A DNA stretch of 64,000 nt from Perkinsela sp. CCAP 1560/9 (Eukaryota; Protista; Euglenozoa: Kinetoplastea). How positions within the stretch are numbered: position 1 is the stretch's first letter; the number at the start of each line of letters is the position of its first letter. The DNA lies in the NCBI GenBank assembly GCA_965644495.1, contig CBFFSA010000001.1:62001-126000 (forward strand), read 5' to 3'. Position numbers and translations under genes: made by a program. The notes beneath the pieces were generated by a model. The model was not told the DNA's origin. It saw only the letters and a list, made by a program, of their open reading frames with translations, and did no database searches. Below are positions 11,801 to 21,900 of this stretch, in pieces.

Positions 11801-14700
11801 ATGTTGCTACGAGTAAGGCTGAGGTATCCGGCAATGATGCACTCATGTTTCAGACTGCAAGTGGGCGTCCGCTTCCCGTTTCGGAGGAAAGCATGAAGAA
11901 GGCGCAGTCACATTTTGACTTACCGGTCCCCACGAGCTGGACGCCTGACGCAGCATCAGGCAACACGTGTAATGTTGCTACGAGTAAGGCTGAGGTATCC
12001 GGCAATGATGCACTCATGTTTCAGACTGCAAGTGGGCGTCCGCTTCCCGTTTCGGAGGAAAGCATGAAGAAGGCGCAGTCACATTTTGACTTACCGGTCC
12101 CCACGAGCTGGACACCTGACGCAGCATCAGGCAACACGTGTAATGTTGCTACGAGTAAGGCAGAGGTATCCGGCAATGATGCACTCATGTTTCAGACTGC
12201 AAGTGGGCGTCCGCTTCCCGTTTCGGAGGAAAGCATGAAGAAGGCGCAGTCACATTTTGACTTACCGGTCCCCACGAGCTGGACGCCTGACGCAGCATCA
12301 GGCAACACGTGTAATGTTGCTACGAGTAAGGCTGAGGTATCCGGCAATGATGCACTCATGTTTCAGACTGCAAGTGGGCGTCCGCTTCCCGTTTCGGAGG
12401 AAAGCATGAAGAAGGCGCAGTCACATTTTGACTTACCGGTCCCCACGAGCTGGACACCTGACGCAGCATCAGGCAACACGTGTAATGTTGCTACGAGTAA
12501 GGCAGAGGTATCCGGCAATGATGCACTCATGTTTCAGACTGCAAGTGGGCGTCCGCTTCCCGTTTCGGAGGAAAGCATGAAGAAGGCGCAGTCACATTTT
12601 GACTTACCGGTCCCCACGAGCTGGACACCTGACGCAGCATCAGGCAACACGTGTAATGTTGCTACGAGTAAGGCTGAGGTATCCGGCAATGATGCACTCA
12701 TGTTTCAGACTGCAAGTGGGCGTCCGCTTCCCGTTTCGGAGGAAAGCATGAAGAAGGCGCAGTCACATTTTGACTTACCGGTCCCCACGAGCTGGACACC
12801 TGACGCAGCATCATGCAACACGTGTAATGTTGCTACGAGTAGCATGTATGTATTGTTTGTCAATGACGCGCTGAAAGGTGACGGTGCGTTAAAGTTTTGT
12901 ACAACCCTCATGTTGGATGTACTGTCAGACGACATTTCAGCCATGTTAGGTGGGAGTCTACCACTTTTTAAATCTGCGTGTGTACGTTGTGAGTCTCTGA
13001 TAATGTATGCCGGTGTAGATTGCAAAAAATGGGTTTATCATCACTTGCTGTGCAGTATCATGATTCAACGACTACCTTGCTTAAAGTTGGACATGTTGTG
13101 CTCGAACCTTTTCGAACGGCACCGACTTGAGCGCGATTGCGAGCACCGTAGTCCTTTTTTCCTGTTCTACGAAGGATTGGAATGCTCGGAAGCCACATTA
13201 GTGCTGCAATTAATAGGTTATGATGGTGGAGATAACTGGTTGCTAACAGATGGATGGTACTGCGCAATAGTTCATGTGGACGATGTATTAAATAGGTACT
13301 GGAAGTCCTTGTACATCGCAGCGGACGAATCCTCGGTAAAAGCTTTCAAAAAGGGGGCTATCGTGACGAAGTTTATTGTCAAAGGCCTTGAACGCAAAAC
13401 GACATGCCACTTTTCACATCCGCTTGTCAAGGAAAATCAAAATTTAATTGAACTCAGTGTAAAGCACAATAATGTTTTACCCGCAATCTCGGGTGAACCA
13501 CTCGGTTGGTACTCACACTGTTCTATAACTTCGTTTTCCTTACCCCTACGAACACTTGCAAGTGTAAATCGAGATGGAGGTCGAATTTCTTCATTGCGCA
13601 TTGCTGTGCTTCGCAGGTATCCTGTCTACTTTCGTATCTCTTCCGTGCTGTACGAGCCAAGAACGTCTGATAATCGCCCTAGTATAAAGATTACAAACTC
13701 GTTGAACAGCTCCGCCATCCAGCGCATGCTCCAAAGTGCGGGAGGGGATATGACGAATATGAGGATACACGCCATACTTACATACTTGGTTCAAGATTGT
13801 GCGTGTTTCCTTAGCACTGATTTTGAGCAAAAGCAATGTACTAAACACACGACGGCTCAAAGTCGTGATAGTGTTATGAAGTTCTTCTGCAGTCAGGCAT
13901 GTGCACTTTTATCTATTGAAGTTCCTCTGCATATTAATCCACGTAAGCCTTCAAATGACAAAGCCTCACAGTCTTCAGAGAAGTTCCTTTCTCAAGAAGT
14001 TTTATCACCCGCACCAACATCTCCACTCGGGGATATCGACAGTCTACATCGCACATGGGAGAATTTTGAATTTACCGAGGGAACTATTCTGCGAGCGCAT
14101 AATCTTTTACCGAGCCGCAACCAGCGCGTTCACTTCCGACCGGAGCTTTCGTACGCTCAGTGTTCCGCATTAACAGGAAACCCACGTCGCTGTGCCCTTC
14201 GTGATGTCACGAGAGATTTCTCTGCATCATATGCCATGCAAAACTCTTTTTCAAAAGTCGATAAGGAATCCCCATTGGTTGCAGTGCTCGAAGATATCAT
14301 ACAGAGTAGTGCAATGGACGGAGGCTCCCCAATAAACTTAGATTGTGACCTTGATTCAGGAAATGAGATTGATTTCAGGAATCTTGCATACACAAGTGGG
14401 AGTGCTGAGTCGCGCTATGCACATTTTAAAGTGGATATTTCTGAATCTCGTTATACGCCGAATCAGGAGTCAGGTTCCCCAGCTCGTACTCTAGTGGTTG
14501 AATTATCATGGGACGACGATACGGTTGTGTCGTCCCGATTTTTCTCACGCTCATTGCGATTCGTGCAAGGCTTGGTAGCAGGGAAGCACTACCACCTCAA
14601 GAATGTGGTGTACGTTTCCCGAAGAGTCGCCCCGGCGTCGCACGCGGTCGTTTATACTGTCCGTGCCAATGAGCTTACGGAACTACTTAAGTGCAGGTAA
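8833..14700 (+). CDS. BRCA2: BRCA2 homologue with N-terminal RanBP2-type zinc finger, 21 BRC repeats and C-terminal OB-fold DNA-binding region
   Basis: BRC motif FQTASGRPLPVSEESMKKAQSHF; OB1 motif LLTDGWY; OB2 entry DGGRISSLRIAVLRRYP; N-terminal WSCPRCTYLN..CSIC. Confidence 0.95.
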   Translation: MKSTTTNKRRLTKWSCPRCTYLNTTKHFCSICRFRRHTKADSPKQRQSSLTKPNRNAAPASRRNETSADTSEPTDTKQLTLKKRKSKRHSKRTDPKYKIKQRKSIELATNLHRTHATHSPQAVASSTAASGITCNVATSKAEVSGNDALMFQTASGRPLPVSEESMKKAQSHFDLPVPTSWTPDAASGNTCNVATSKAEVSGNDALMFQTASGRPLPVSEESMKKAQSHFDLPFPTRWTPDAASGNTCNVATSKAEVSGNDALMFQTASGRPLPVSEESMKKAQSHFDLPVPTSWTPDAASGNTCNVATSKAEVSGNDALMFQTASGRPLPVSEESMKKAQSHFDLPVPTSWTPDAASGNTCNVATSKAEVSGNDALMFQTASGRPLPVSEESMKKAQSHFDLPFPTRWTPDAASGNTCNVATSKAEVSGNDALMFQTASGRPLPVSEESMKKAQSHFDLPVPTSWTPDAASGNTCNVATSKAEVSGNDALMFQTASGRPLPVSEESMKKAQSHFDLPVPTSWTPDAASGNTCNVATSKAEVSGNDALMFQTASGRPLPVSEESMKKAQSHFDLPFPTRWTPDAASGNTCNVATSKAEVSGNDALMFQTASGRPLPVSEESMKKAQSHFDLPVPTSWTPDAASGNTCNVATSKAEVSGNDALMFQTASGRPLPVSEESMKKAQSHFDLPVPTSWTPDAASGNTCNVATSKAEVSGNDALMFQTASGRPLPVSEESMKKAQSHFDLPFPTRWTPDAASGNTCNVATSKAEVSGNDALMFQTASGRPLPVSEESMKKAQSHFDLPVPTSWTPDAASGNTCNVATSKAEVSGNDALMFQTASGRPLPVSEESMKKAQSHFDLPVPTSWTPDAASGNTCNVATSKAEVSGNDALMFQTASGRPLPVSEESMKKAQSHFDLPFPTRWTPDAASGNTCNVATSKAEVSGNDALMFQTASGRPLPVSEESMKKAQSHFDLPFPTRWTPDAASGNTCNVATSKAEVSGNDALMFQTASGRPLPVSEESMKKAQSHFDLPVPTSWTPDAASGNTCNVATSKAEVSGNDALMFQTASGRPLPVSEESMKKAQSHFDLPVPTSWTPDAASGNTCNVATSKAEVSGNDALMFQTASGRPLPVSEESMKKAQSHFDLPVPTSWTPDAASGNTCNVATSKAEVSGNDALMFQTASGRPLPVSEESMKKAQSHFDLPVPTSWTPDAASGNTCNVATSKAEVSGNDALMFQTASGRPLPVSEESMKKAQSHFDLPVPTSWTPDAASGNTCNVATSKAEVSGNDALMFQTASGRPLPVSEESMKKAQSHFDLPVPTSWTPDAASCNTCNVATSSMYVLFVNDALKGDGALKFCTTLMLDVLSDDISAMLGGSLPLFKSACVRCESLIMYAGVDCKKWVYHHLLCSIMIQRLPCLKLDMLCSNLFERHRLERDCEHRSPFFLFYEGLECSEATLVLQLIGYDGGDNWLLTDGWYCAIVHVDDVLNRYWKSLYIAADESSVKAFKKGAIVTKFIVKGLERKTTCHFSHPLVKENQNLIELSVKHNNVLPAISGEPLGWYSHCSITSFSLPLRTLASVNRDGGRISSLRIAVLRRYPVYFRISSVLYEPRTSDNRPSIKITNSLNSSAIQRMLQSAGGDMTNMRIHAILTYLVQDCACFLSTDFEQKQCTKHTTAQSRDSVMKFFCSQACALLSIEVPLHINPRKPSNDKASQSSEKFLSQEVLSPAPTSPLGDIDSLHRTWENFEFTEGTILRAHNLLPSRNQRVHFRPELSYAQCSALTGNPRRCALRDVTRDFSASYAMQNSFSKVDKESPLVAVLEDIIQSSAMDGGSPINLDCDLDSGNEIDFRNLAYTSGSAESRYAHFKVDISESRYTPNQESGSPARTLVVELSWDDDTVVSSRFFSRSLRFVQGLVAGKHYHLKNVVYVSRRVAPASHAVVYTVRANELTELLKCR
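9214..12841 (+). repeat. Coding minisatellite: 21 x 171 bp (57 aa) BRC units
   Basis: GCTACGAGT recurs at 9241 and 9412 (period 171). First to last unit spans 3420 bp, which is 20 periods. Confidence 0.97.
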
Positions 14701-14994
14701 GAAGATAATCTATAGGTTCACCTAGCTTTTTTCACCTTGTTGACTTTATCCAACAGTTTGTACATTGCAGGCGCGATCCGCTAGCTGTCATCCGTTTCTG
14801 CCGTTATTCAAAAAAACTTGCTCTGTTAGAATAACATAAAACGTCAATTTTGTAGTTAAGTCCATGTACTCGAAAAATCGAGGAAACACACCTTGATGTA
14901 GATCTTTACCATACATCACACAACCCCATCCCACCCTTTTCATCCTCTTTTCCTAGCCCTTTTTCTTTAAAACTTTATCAACGCACCACGCCCC

Positions 14995-15573
14995 ATGGGT
15001 CGTGACACCAAAGGTCTCCCCAAACCCCGCACCGTCCGCCAGTCCCCCAAAAGCGCGAACCCCCAGCTCCTTCTCCTGGTCCGGCTCTACCGCTTCCTCG
15101 CCCGCCGCACCGCCTCGAGGTTCAACGAGAAGGTCCTGCACCGTCTCATGCTCTCCCGCACCCACCGCGCCTCCCTCTCCCTCTCCCGGGTCGTCAAGCT
15201 CGCGGGGAGGACCACCGGGGACCGCATCGTGGTCGTCCCCACCGCGGTGCTCGACGACGTGCGGCTCGTGGCGCTCCCGCGGCTGCGGATCTGCGCGCTG
15301 CGGTTCTCGAAGATGGCCGCGCGGCGGGTTGCGGCGGCCGGGGGGGAGTGCCTGACGTTTGACCAACTCGCGGGGGAGTCCCCGACGGGGCGTGACACCG
15401 TGCTGCTGCGGGGGCGTAAGTCCCGGCGGGAGGTGGTGAAACGGTACGGGGCGCCCGGGACCCCGGGGTCGCATACGAAGCCGAAGTGTGCGACGCGGGG
15501 GAATGAGCGGGCGCGGGGGAAGAGGGCGAGCCGGGGGTGGAAGGTGAAGTCGTTTAAGTACGCACAGAAGTAA
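14995..15573 (+). CDS. RPL18: 60S ribosomal protein eL18
   Basis: PKSANPQLLLLVRLYRFLARRT..FN; GGECLTFDQLA..PTG; YGAPGTPGSHTKP; ERARGKRASRG. Confidence 0.97.
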   Translation: MGRDTKGLPKPRTVRQSPKSANPQLLLLVRLYRFLARRTASRFNEKVLHRLMLSRTHRASLSLSRVVKLAGRTTGDRIVVVPTAVLDDVRLVALPRLRICALRFSKMAARRVAAAGGECLTFDQLAGESPTGRDTVLLRGRKSRREVVKRYGAPGTPGSHTKPKCATRGNERARGKRASRGWKVKSFKYAQK

Positions 15574-15800
15574 GGGGGGGGTGAGAAAGAAGGAAGGAAA
15601 GAGAGAAAGGAAGAAAGACGTGAAACTTATAAAAAACGGTTAAGAGATTTCGATTTATAAGCCTTTAAAGTATTTTAGAGTGCATTGCGGTTGAGTTGTT
15701 GATTCGTACATCCTTTAAACATTAACTAATTTCTTTTCAGTAGAGAATTTTTGGAAGCAAGCCAATTTTGTTTTTAATTTCCTAGCACCCTAGAACATCC

Positions 15801-17216
15801 ATGAAGTCACGGAGCGGGGACTTTGCTTCCTCCGACTATCACCGCTTCGAGGACAAGCCCCTAAAGAGGTCCCCGATCTCACCACGCACAAACCACATGG
15901 GGGAGGAGCGGTTTAGCTCAGCGGGTGGATACCGCGACATTTGGGCTGCTGTACTTTGGATATTAACCACCCTGTTGGTGATTGGGTACGGATCTTACCG
16001 TCTTCACGAGTATCTACACCACCCCGAAACCTTTGAGATGACTCCCCCGGATCACACACTGCACCCTGAGGCCGATGACACGCACGCATGGCAATGGCCC
16101 TCGACGACACGAGCTCTGGGAGTAGGTTCCACCGCTACCCTTGTCTCGGTTTCGATCTCTATTCCTTTGCTATGGCTTATTCGCTCCCATGCTGAGGGAT
16201 TAATCCTCTACGGAAATGTGTTTTACATCTCACTACTCGGGGTTGCCGCACTGCTGTCCTTCTTTACTGGCCAAATGGTCAGTGGTATTGTCACAGGAAT
16301 ACTCTGTTTGATAGCTGGGGTGTGGCTGTACTACGTGCGGCATCGTATTCCCTTCGCCGCGTGTTGTCTCACAGCGAGTGCCAATGTGGTGAATCAATAC
16401 AAGGCAACTGTGGCTAACGCTGCGGTGTTCTCACTTCTTTTCTTTGCCTATGTCGTCATCTGGGGCACGGGGGTATGGAGGTACTCAAGTTCGGGAGTGG
16501 AGGAGAGGGTATTATGGCCGTGGTTGTTACAATTGTTCTGGACCTCTCAAGTTCTAAGTGCTATCACGCATGTAACCACGTGTGGAGTCGTCGCGATGTG
16601 GTACTACGCGGGAGAAAATGAAATGCCACGAAACCCTACGCTTGGGGCCCTGCGACGTGCCACGACTTATAGTCTGGGCTCCCTGTGCTTTGGGTCGCTG
16701 ATTGTTGCTATTTTAAAAACCATCCGAGCACTCGCGCGGGAGGGAATGCGAAATGAGAACCACTTTGTACGCGGCATTGTAATGTGTCTGCTGAATTGCA
16801 TTGAATCCTTAGTGGAATATTTCAATGAGTACGCGTATGTCTACGTTGCAGTCTACGGCACGAGTTATGTTCCCTCCGCCAAGGCGGTGTGGCAGTTAAT
16901 TAAAACAAACGGTATTCTCGCTGTCATTAACGACAGTCTGTTGGGGGCGGCCTATATCCTGATGGTACTCGGGGGCTCTGTCCTCTCGGGGCTGTCCGGG
17001 TTACTCTGGGGGCTCTCTCCGGTACATTTTCTACTCGGACTTCTTATCGGTGTCGTCACACTTAGCATGATTCTTGGCGTAGTCCAGAGTGGGGTAATGA
17101 CGATCTTTGTGTGTTTCGCGGAAGATCCAGAGAAGCTGTGCCGATCGAACGCCTCCTTGTATGACACATTACGTGAGAAGACCTCAGGCGTGGCTGTCCC
17201 AACTGCTGTAGTTTAG
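15801..17216 (+). CDS. Choline transporter-like (CTL/SLC44/Pns1) membrane protein
   Basis: YRDIWAAVL, RIPFAA, RATTYSLGSLCFGSLIVA, EYFNEYAYVYVAVYGTSY, TIFVCFAEDP; many TM helices. Confidence 0.9.
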   Translation: MKSRSGDFASSDYHRFEDKPLKRSPISPRTNHMGEERFSSAGGYRDIWAAVLWILTTLLVIGYGSYRLHEYLHHPETFEMTPPDHTLHPEADDTHAWQWPSTTRALGVGSTATLVSVSISIPLLWLIRSHAEGLILYGNVFYISLLGVAALLSFFTGQMVSGIVTGILCLIAGVWLYYVRHRIPFAACCLTASANVVNQYKATVANAAVFSLLFFAYVVIWGTGVWRYSSSGVEERVLWPWLLQLFWTSQVLSAITHVTTCGVVAMWYYAGENEMPRNPTLGALRRATTYSLGSLCFGSLIVAILKTIRALAREGMRNENHFVRGIVMCLLNCIESLVEYFNEYAYVYVAVYGTSYVPSAKAVWQLIKTNGILAVINDSLLGAAYILMVLGGSVLSGLSGLLWGLSPVHFLLGLLIGVVTLSMILGVVQSGVMTIFVCFAEDPEKLCRSNASLYDTLREKTSGVAVPTAVV

Positions 17217-17409
17217 ACCGCCCTGTAGCGTGTATATTATTAGTAGAGTAGTTCACAGAGTTGCTAGATTTTTACTTTATGAGTAGCGAAAAGAATGTAT
17301 AAAGTTATGCGTTATGCATGTGAAGAGTAATTAAGCAGTATTTGATGCAACTGAAACTTTGAAAAAATACGTGAATTCTTAAATTAAACCTTTTAATCGA
17401 AACCACCTC

Positions 17410-20400
17410 ATGTTAGCCGTTCTGCGTTCTAAAATTAAGGGACTGGTGAAAAAACCAGCCACTACTACAGTTCCCAAAAGTGATTTTGGTGCGAAGGCCA
17501 TATCTTCATCCACACCTTCAGAATTCATTAGAAATTCATCTGGCGTTCCACCCCAGTCTTCAAATACTACTGAGCTGAATGCTAGGAATCATATGTCGAA
17601 TTTTGAATCATCGATTTCGTCCCCGGCCTCGGTTGGTAATGGTGATATGCCTGCAAGGGATAACTCCGCCTTTCCTTTCTCGTCGGAAAAGGTCGGTTCT
17701 CGTCGGAAAGGCAGAGCTCCTGCAGTGCCTCTTCTAAAACCAGTGGAAAAACTATCTTCTGAAGAGTCGAGCGAGGTCTCTATTGCGACCCTGCAGGGGG
17801 GACGGCACATTGCTCGCAGTCACTACAAATGGAGAGAAACTCTATCCTCAACACGAGTCAGACAGATTATTTTGGGGTACCGAACTGCAAAGCTAACTCC
17901 CGCGCTATTGAAAACATATTGCGCGGCACATAATTTGGAATATTCTAACTCCGTAGAAGAGCTCACGGAAGGGGTCCAACATCACGTTAAAAATGTATCA
18001 CCTCGTTATGTTGTTTTTGCTTTGGGCTGGGATATTCAATCCTCCACGCAGACTCCAGCTTCGACGGCTCCTCTAAATGGGCTGATAAAGGCTTCTTCAC
18101 CTCAAAAATTTGCTCTGTTTCACGTGCAAAGTCAGGAGCATCGCGTTTTCAAGCCCAGTAACAAGAAGGATGTAGAAGACGTTCGAAGTTGGATCCAGAA
18201 AAAATGTGTTAGCATCGGTCCTATGGCGTGCGCAGCCCTTCTACCCATGTATTCTGATCCACATGTCGAAGACATCTGCAAGTTATTCAAATGCCATCTT
18301 CTACAAGATTCAATGGCATTGTGTTCTTCTGCTTTCTTCGAGCACGTTGGTCGAATTAAGGGATTACGCATGCCAAGAACGCTTAAAGATGCATATTTCA
18401 TGATATGCAGCTCATCATTTCAATGCAAGGAGTCACAACCTGAAATAAGTAACGCCATTCTTGCTTGGGAGACTTGTAAAGTGACCTTGCGTCATTTGGG
18501 TGGTAAATCTTCTCCAGAAGAGCAAATGCTCTCTTCTCTGCGAGGAATTTTCGATATTAATTTCGTTTCCTACAAGGTAGGAGCTGATAAGTCAGGAAAG
18601 ACAGTATTTAAATACCACATGTTCAGCATTTGCACGCATGCTTCGCTGAAAATCGAGGCTTCTTCACTTAGCGAAATTGTACAACAGCTCAGCACCCACT
18701 TTGACACAGCTTTTCGACTTCACGTGCTACTAATACCGTGCCAGGGGACCAAACTCTCCGATTTAGAGCAATTGGCTCATTCTAATCGAAACAAAATAAT
18801 CCGACTTCACGCGCTTTCACACTCAAGCTTGATGCAGTCTCAAGTTTCATTGGAAGAAGAACCGAAATTAGCGTGGAAAGGAGTTGCTACGATGTTCGGC
18901 GGTGAACCTCCGGCGCTTTCTACTTTTTTAAACCTTGCTCTCAGGCACTTACAATCCGTAACAATGCGTATGGATTCCACCCATGAATCACAAGACCAAT
19001 ATTCGCCTTCTCCAACGTCGACACCCGGCAAATTCGTTGAGGTTCCGGAACCACCGAATCCAAAAACTTTTACAGTCCTCAGTAAAGGCTTTGTTGACAT
19101 TTCTACGAAACTAGAGCTCACCAAGTACTACAAAACATTTGACACCTCTGACCGCCAGGTACGTGAAGCGTGTGTGAGTCTCCGCCATGCGAATTATCTT
19201 GTACTCGATTTGGAAACAACCACGAAAAAATTCCACAAGCGCATTGCGAGTCCTTTTTGTGACCAGAATCGTGTGGTTCTCCCAGGCTACCTCGACTTCA
19301 ACGGAAATCTCACAATTCCAGAAGAGAAATTGCAGCATCGTGAGGATATGAAACTCCCGCCATTAGACGAGTACGACGTGATTGTGGGACACAACCTGAA
19401 ATTTGATCTTCTGTGGTTATGGAAAGACCCAGAGCTGCGTCGATTTCTGCGTCGCGGAGGACGTGTGTGGGATACAATGTATGCGGAGTATCTGCTTAGC
19501 GGCCAAAGGGTTCGTGTAGGAACGGGTGCAGGCCTTAACGAAGTCGCCGTACGCTACGGGGGGACACGAAAGCTAGATGCAATCAAAGCCATGTGGGACC
19601 GCGGAGTGGACACTGCCGACATTGACACCAATTTGCTTCGTGAATACCTTGAGGGGGATCTTCGTAATACGGAGCGCATATTCCGAAGGCAGCTAGAGAT
19701 CGCTGTGGCGAACAAACAAGCGTTGGTTATTGAAGCCCGGATGGATATTGTGCCATGCACAACCGAGATGGAGTTCAACGGTTTGAAGATGGATAGATTA
19801 GAGGGTAAACGACAATACGACGCTCTGCGGCTCGTAATTGCTCAACAAAAAGCCGGGTTAAAGAAATTGATACCCCCAGAAGTGCCTCTGCTCTTTCACC
19901 AGCATTTTAACTGGGCGTCAAATCAAGTACTTTCCGCCTTGTACTACGGTGGAAAAGCCAAAGTTGCGGAACCTAGCATGCTTGGAACGCCTTTGAATGT
20001 AACTGCAGCTGTAGAACTCTGCGTTCTGGCGAACAAATTTAGTGGGGCTGCGGCAAAGAAATATAGTATCCCTTATTTGAAATCTCAAGGTTTGCGTACG
20101 AGCGGTACAAAGGATAATGTTCAAGAGCGCTTGAAAGCATTTGTGTCCAAGAAGGCGACTTACAATTTTAGAGTAATATTATGTGGTGGCTTTGCTGAAA
20201 ATAAGCCATGGCTATATGAGCCTTTAAAACCCACGTCACGCAACTCGGAAACGCACTACACTGAAGAGCATTACTCTGTACCAAACACGGAAGGAAAGGA
20301 TACTGGAGAGATTAACTTAGAATCACTCTGCCAGGGTGGGGATGGAGAAAGGGTGCTCTTCATTTCTTTTGATGAAGCCGAACTTGAGATTTTATCCTAC

Positions 20401-21900
20401 TTCGAACGTCACAATATTTTTCACGATGATCGGAAAAGTTTCTTTTGTCGGGCAGTAGAGTTGTATAAAGGAGGCCCTTATCAAAAACCTATTGATTGCA
20501 CTGATTTTTGGACACTTCTTAAAAAAGTAGTTTTCACAAGCATAAATTCTGAGGGCAACGACGTTGCTCAACGAGAAGTTCTTCAGAATCTACTTTACTG
20601 TATAGGTTCTTCTGTGGGAACAAGCTACGACTGCTTTGCTCATGAAGTTGATAAAGACGTTGACACTGTAGTCTCCTTTCCAGGAAAACTGGAACAATAT
20701 TTTTCCGATAGGAACGAGAGAGCAAAGTTTCTTGAGAAAGCGAAGACAGAAAAGGGAAATCAAAGCGTAAACATTGAAGTCATGGAGGTATTTGCTGCCA
20801 AAGGTGAGGCAATTGCAAAATTGCTTCTTGAACTTCGAGGAAACACTAAACTTCTAAGTACTTACTATGAAATGGATGGAACAGGGATGATGAGCCTGTT
20901 GAATGATCGTGATGACTGCATTCATCATGAACTTTCACTCTGCCATACGACGACAAGCAGAATGGCGTCAGCAAACCCAAATATGCAAAATGTTCCAAAG
21001 ACGACCGAGCTGCGGAACCTTTTTGTTTCACGGTTTGGCGAAGAAGGTTCCATGTTGGAAGCAGACTATTCTCAATTAGAAGTTGTCGTGATGTGTGCTC
21101 TCTCGAAGGATCCCCAAATGACTCAAGATCTTCTTAACAAAGTCGACTTTCATTGCAAACGTGTCACTATGATGAAACCAGGCCTTTCATACGAAGAAGT
21201 TCTGCAGAAAGCAAAAAAAGAAAAAATTCCCGAATTTGTGGAGCTACGACAAAGAGCCAAAATATTTTCTTTTCAGCGACAGTACGGGGCAGGAGTTACC
21301 AAGCTTTCCGAATCTACTGGTCTTTCGTTCGATGAAGTTAAAAGTTTGATTCAAAACGAGGAATCCATGTATTATAAAGTCAAACGATTCTACGACCTTG
21401 TGGCACACGCAGTCAACTCATGGAATCCTTCTCTTCAGGATGGAAGTCGCACTGAAACCGGAAACTGTGCATACAAAGGAGAATTTCGTGTACTTACAGG
21501 AACGCGTTTTACTTTTGGTGAAATTGAGCGAGCAGCGTTTGCGAATTCCCGCTTTTCAGACACAAATTTGATGAGCTTTCTCTCTACACAACTGAAAAAT
21601 TATCCAGTGCAAGGATTTGCAGGAGAAATTGTTCAAGTTATGATGGGAAGGCTCTGGAGACATTTTCTCGAAACAGAAAATTACAATAACATGGCCTTCT
21701 TAACAAACACTGTACATGATTGCGTATGGGTAGACTGTCACAAGAGCGTCGTTCATGAAGTAGCAGGTAACGTGAGTCGCATACTGAATAATGTTCGTGA
21801 GGTTTTTAACGAGAAGTGGCCTGAATTAGAGCTTGAAGTTTCTTTTGGCACAGAGACGGTCGTTGGAAAAACAATGGCCAACATGAAGGCATTGGAATAG
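17410..21900 (+). CDS. Mitochondrial family-A DNA polymerase (kinetoplastid POLIB/C/D type), exonuclease motifs intact
   Basis: ExoI DLETT, ExoII HNLKFD, ExoIII YLEGD. TTTSRMASANPNMQN; motif A DYSQLE; motif B RQRAKIFSFQRQYG; NYPVQG; motif C VHD. Long thumb insertion and basic N-terminal presequence. Confidence 0.93.
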   Translation: MLAVLRSKIKGLVKKPATTTVPKSDFGAKAISSSTPSEFIRNSSGVPPQSSNTTELNARNHMSNFESSISSPASVGNGDMPARDNSAFPFSSEKVGSRRKGRAPAVPLLKPVEKLSSEESSEVSIATLQGGRHIARSHYKWRETLSSTRVRQIILGYRTAKLTPALLKTYCAAHNLEYSNSVEELTEGVQHHVKNVSPRYVVFALGWDIQSSTQTPASTAPLNGLIKASSPQKFALFHVQSQEHRVFKPSNKKDVEDVRSWIQKKCVSIGPMACAALLPMYSDPHVEDICKLFKCHLLQDSMALCSSAFFEHVGRIKGLRMPRTLKDAYFMICSSSFQCKESQPEISNAILAWETCKVTLRHLGGKSSPEEQMLSSLRGIFDINFVSYKVGADKSGKTVFKYHMFSICTHASLKIEASSLSEIVQQLSTHFDTAFRLHVLLIPCQGTKLSDLEQLAHSNRNKIIRLHALSHSSLMQSQVSLEEEPKLAWKGVATMFGGEPPALSTFLNLALRHLQSVTMRMDSTHESQDQYSPSPTSTPGKFVEVPEPPNPKTFTVLSKGFVDISTKLELTKYYKTFDTSDRQVREACVSLRHANYLVLDLETTTKKFHKRIASPFCDQNRVVLPGYLDFNGNLTIPEEKLQHREDMKLPPLDEYDVIVGHNLKFDLLWLWKDPELRRFLRRGGRVWDTMYAEYLLSGQRVRVGTGAGLNEVAVRYGGTRKLDAIKAMWDRGVDTADIDTNLLREYLEGDLRNTERIFRRQLEIAVANKQALVIEARMDIVPCTTEMEFNGLKMDRLEGKRQYDALRLVIAQQKAGLKKLIPPEVPLLFHQHFNWASNQVLSALYYGGKAKVAEPSMLGTPLNVTAAVELCVLANKFSGAAAKKYSIPYLKSQGLRTSGTKDNVQERLKAFVSKKATYNFRVILCGGFAENKPWLYEPLKPTSRNSETHYTEEHYSVPNTEGKDTGEINLESLCQGGDGERVLFISFDEAELEILSYFERHNIFHDDRKSFFCRAVELYKGGPYQKPIDCTDFWTLLKKVVFTSINSEGNDVAQREVLQNLLYCIGSSVGTSYDCFAHEVDKDVDTVVSFPGKLEQYFSDRNERAKFLEKAKTEKGNQSVNIEVMEVFAAKGEAIAKLLLELRGNTKLLSTYYEMDGTGMMSLLNDRDDCIHHELSLCHTTTSRMASANPNMQNVPKTTELRNLFVSRFGEEGSMLEADYSQLEVVVMCALSKDPQMTQDLLNKVDFHCKRVTMMKPGLSYEEVLQKAKKEKIPEFVELRQRAKIFSFQRQYGAGVTKLSESTGLSFDEVKSLIQNEESMYYKVKRFYDLVAHAVNSWNPSLQDGSRTETGNCAYKGEFRVLTGTRFTFGEIERAAFANSRFSDTNLMSFLSTQLKNYPVQGFAGEIVQVMMGRLWRHFLETENYNNMAFLTNTVHDCVWVDCHKSVVHEVAGNVSRILNNVREVFNEKWPELELEVSFGTETVVGKTMANMKALE

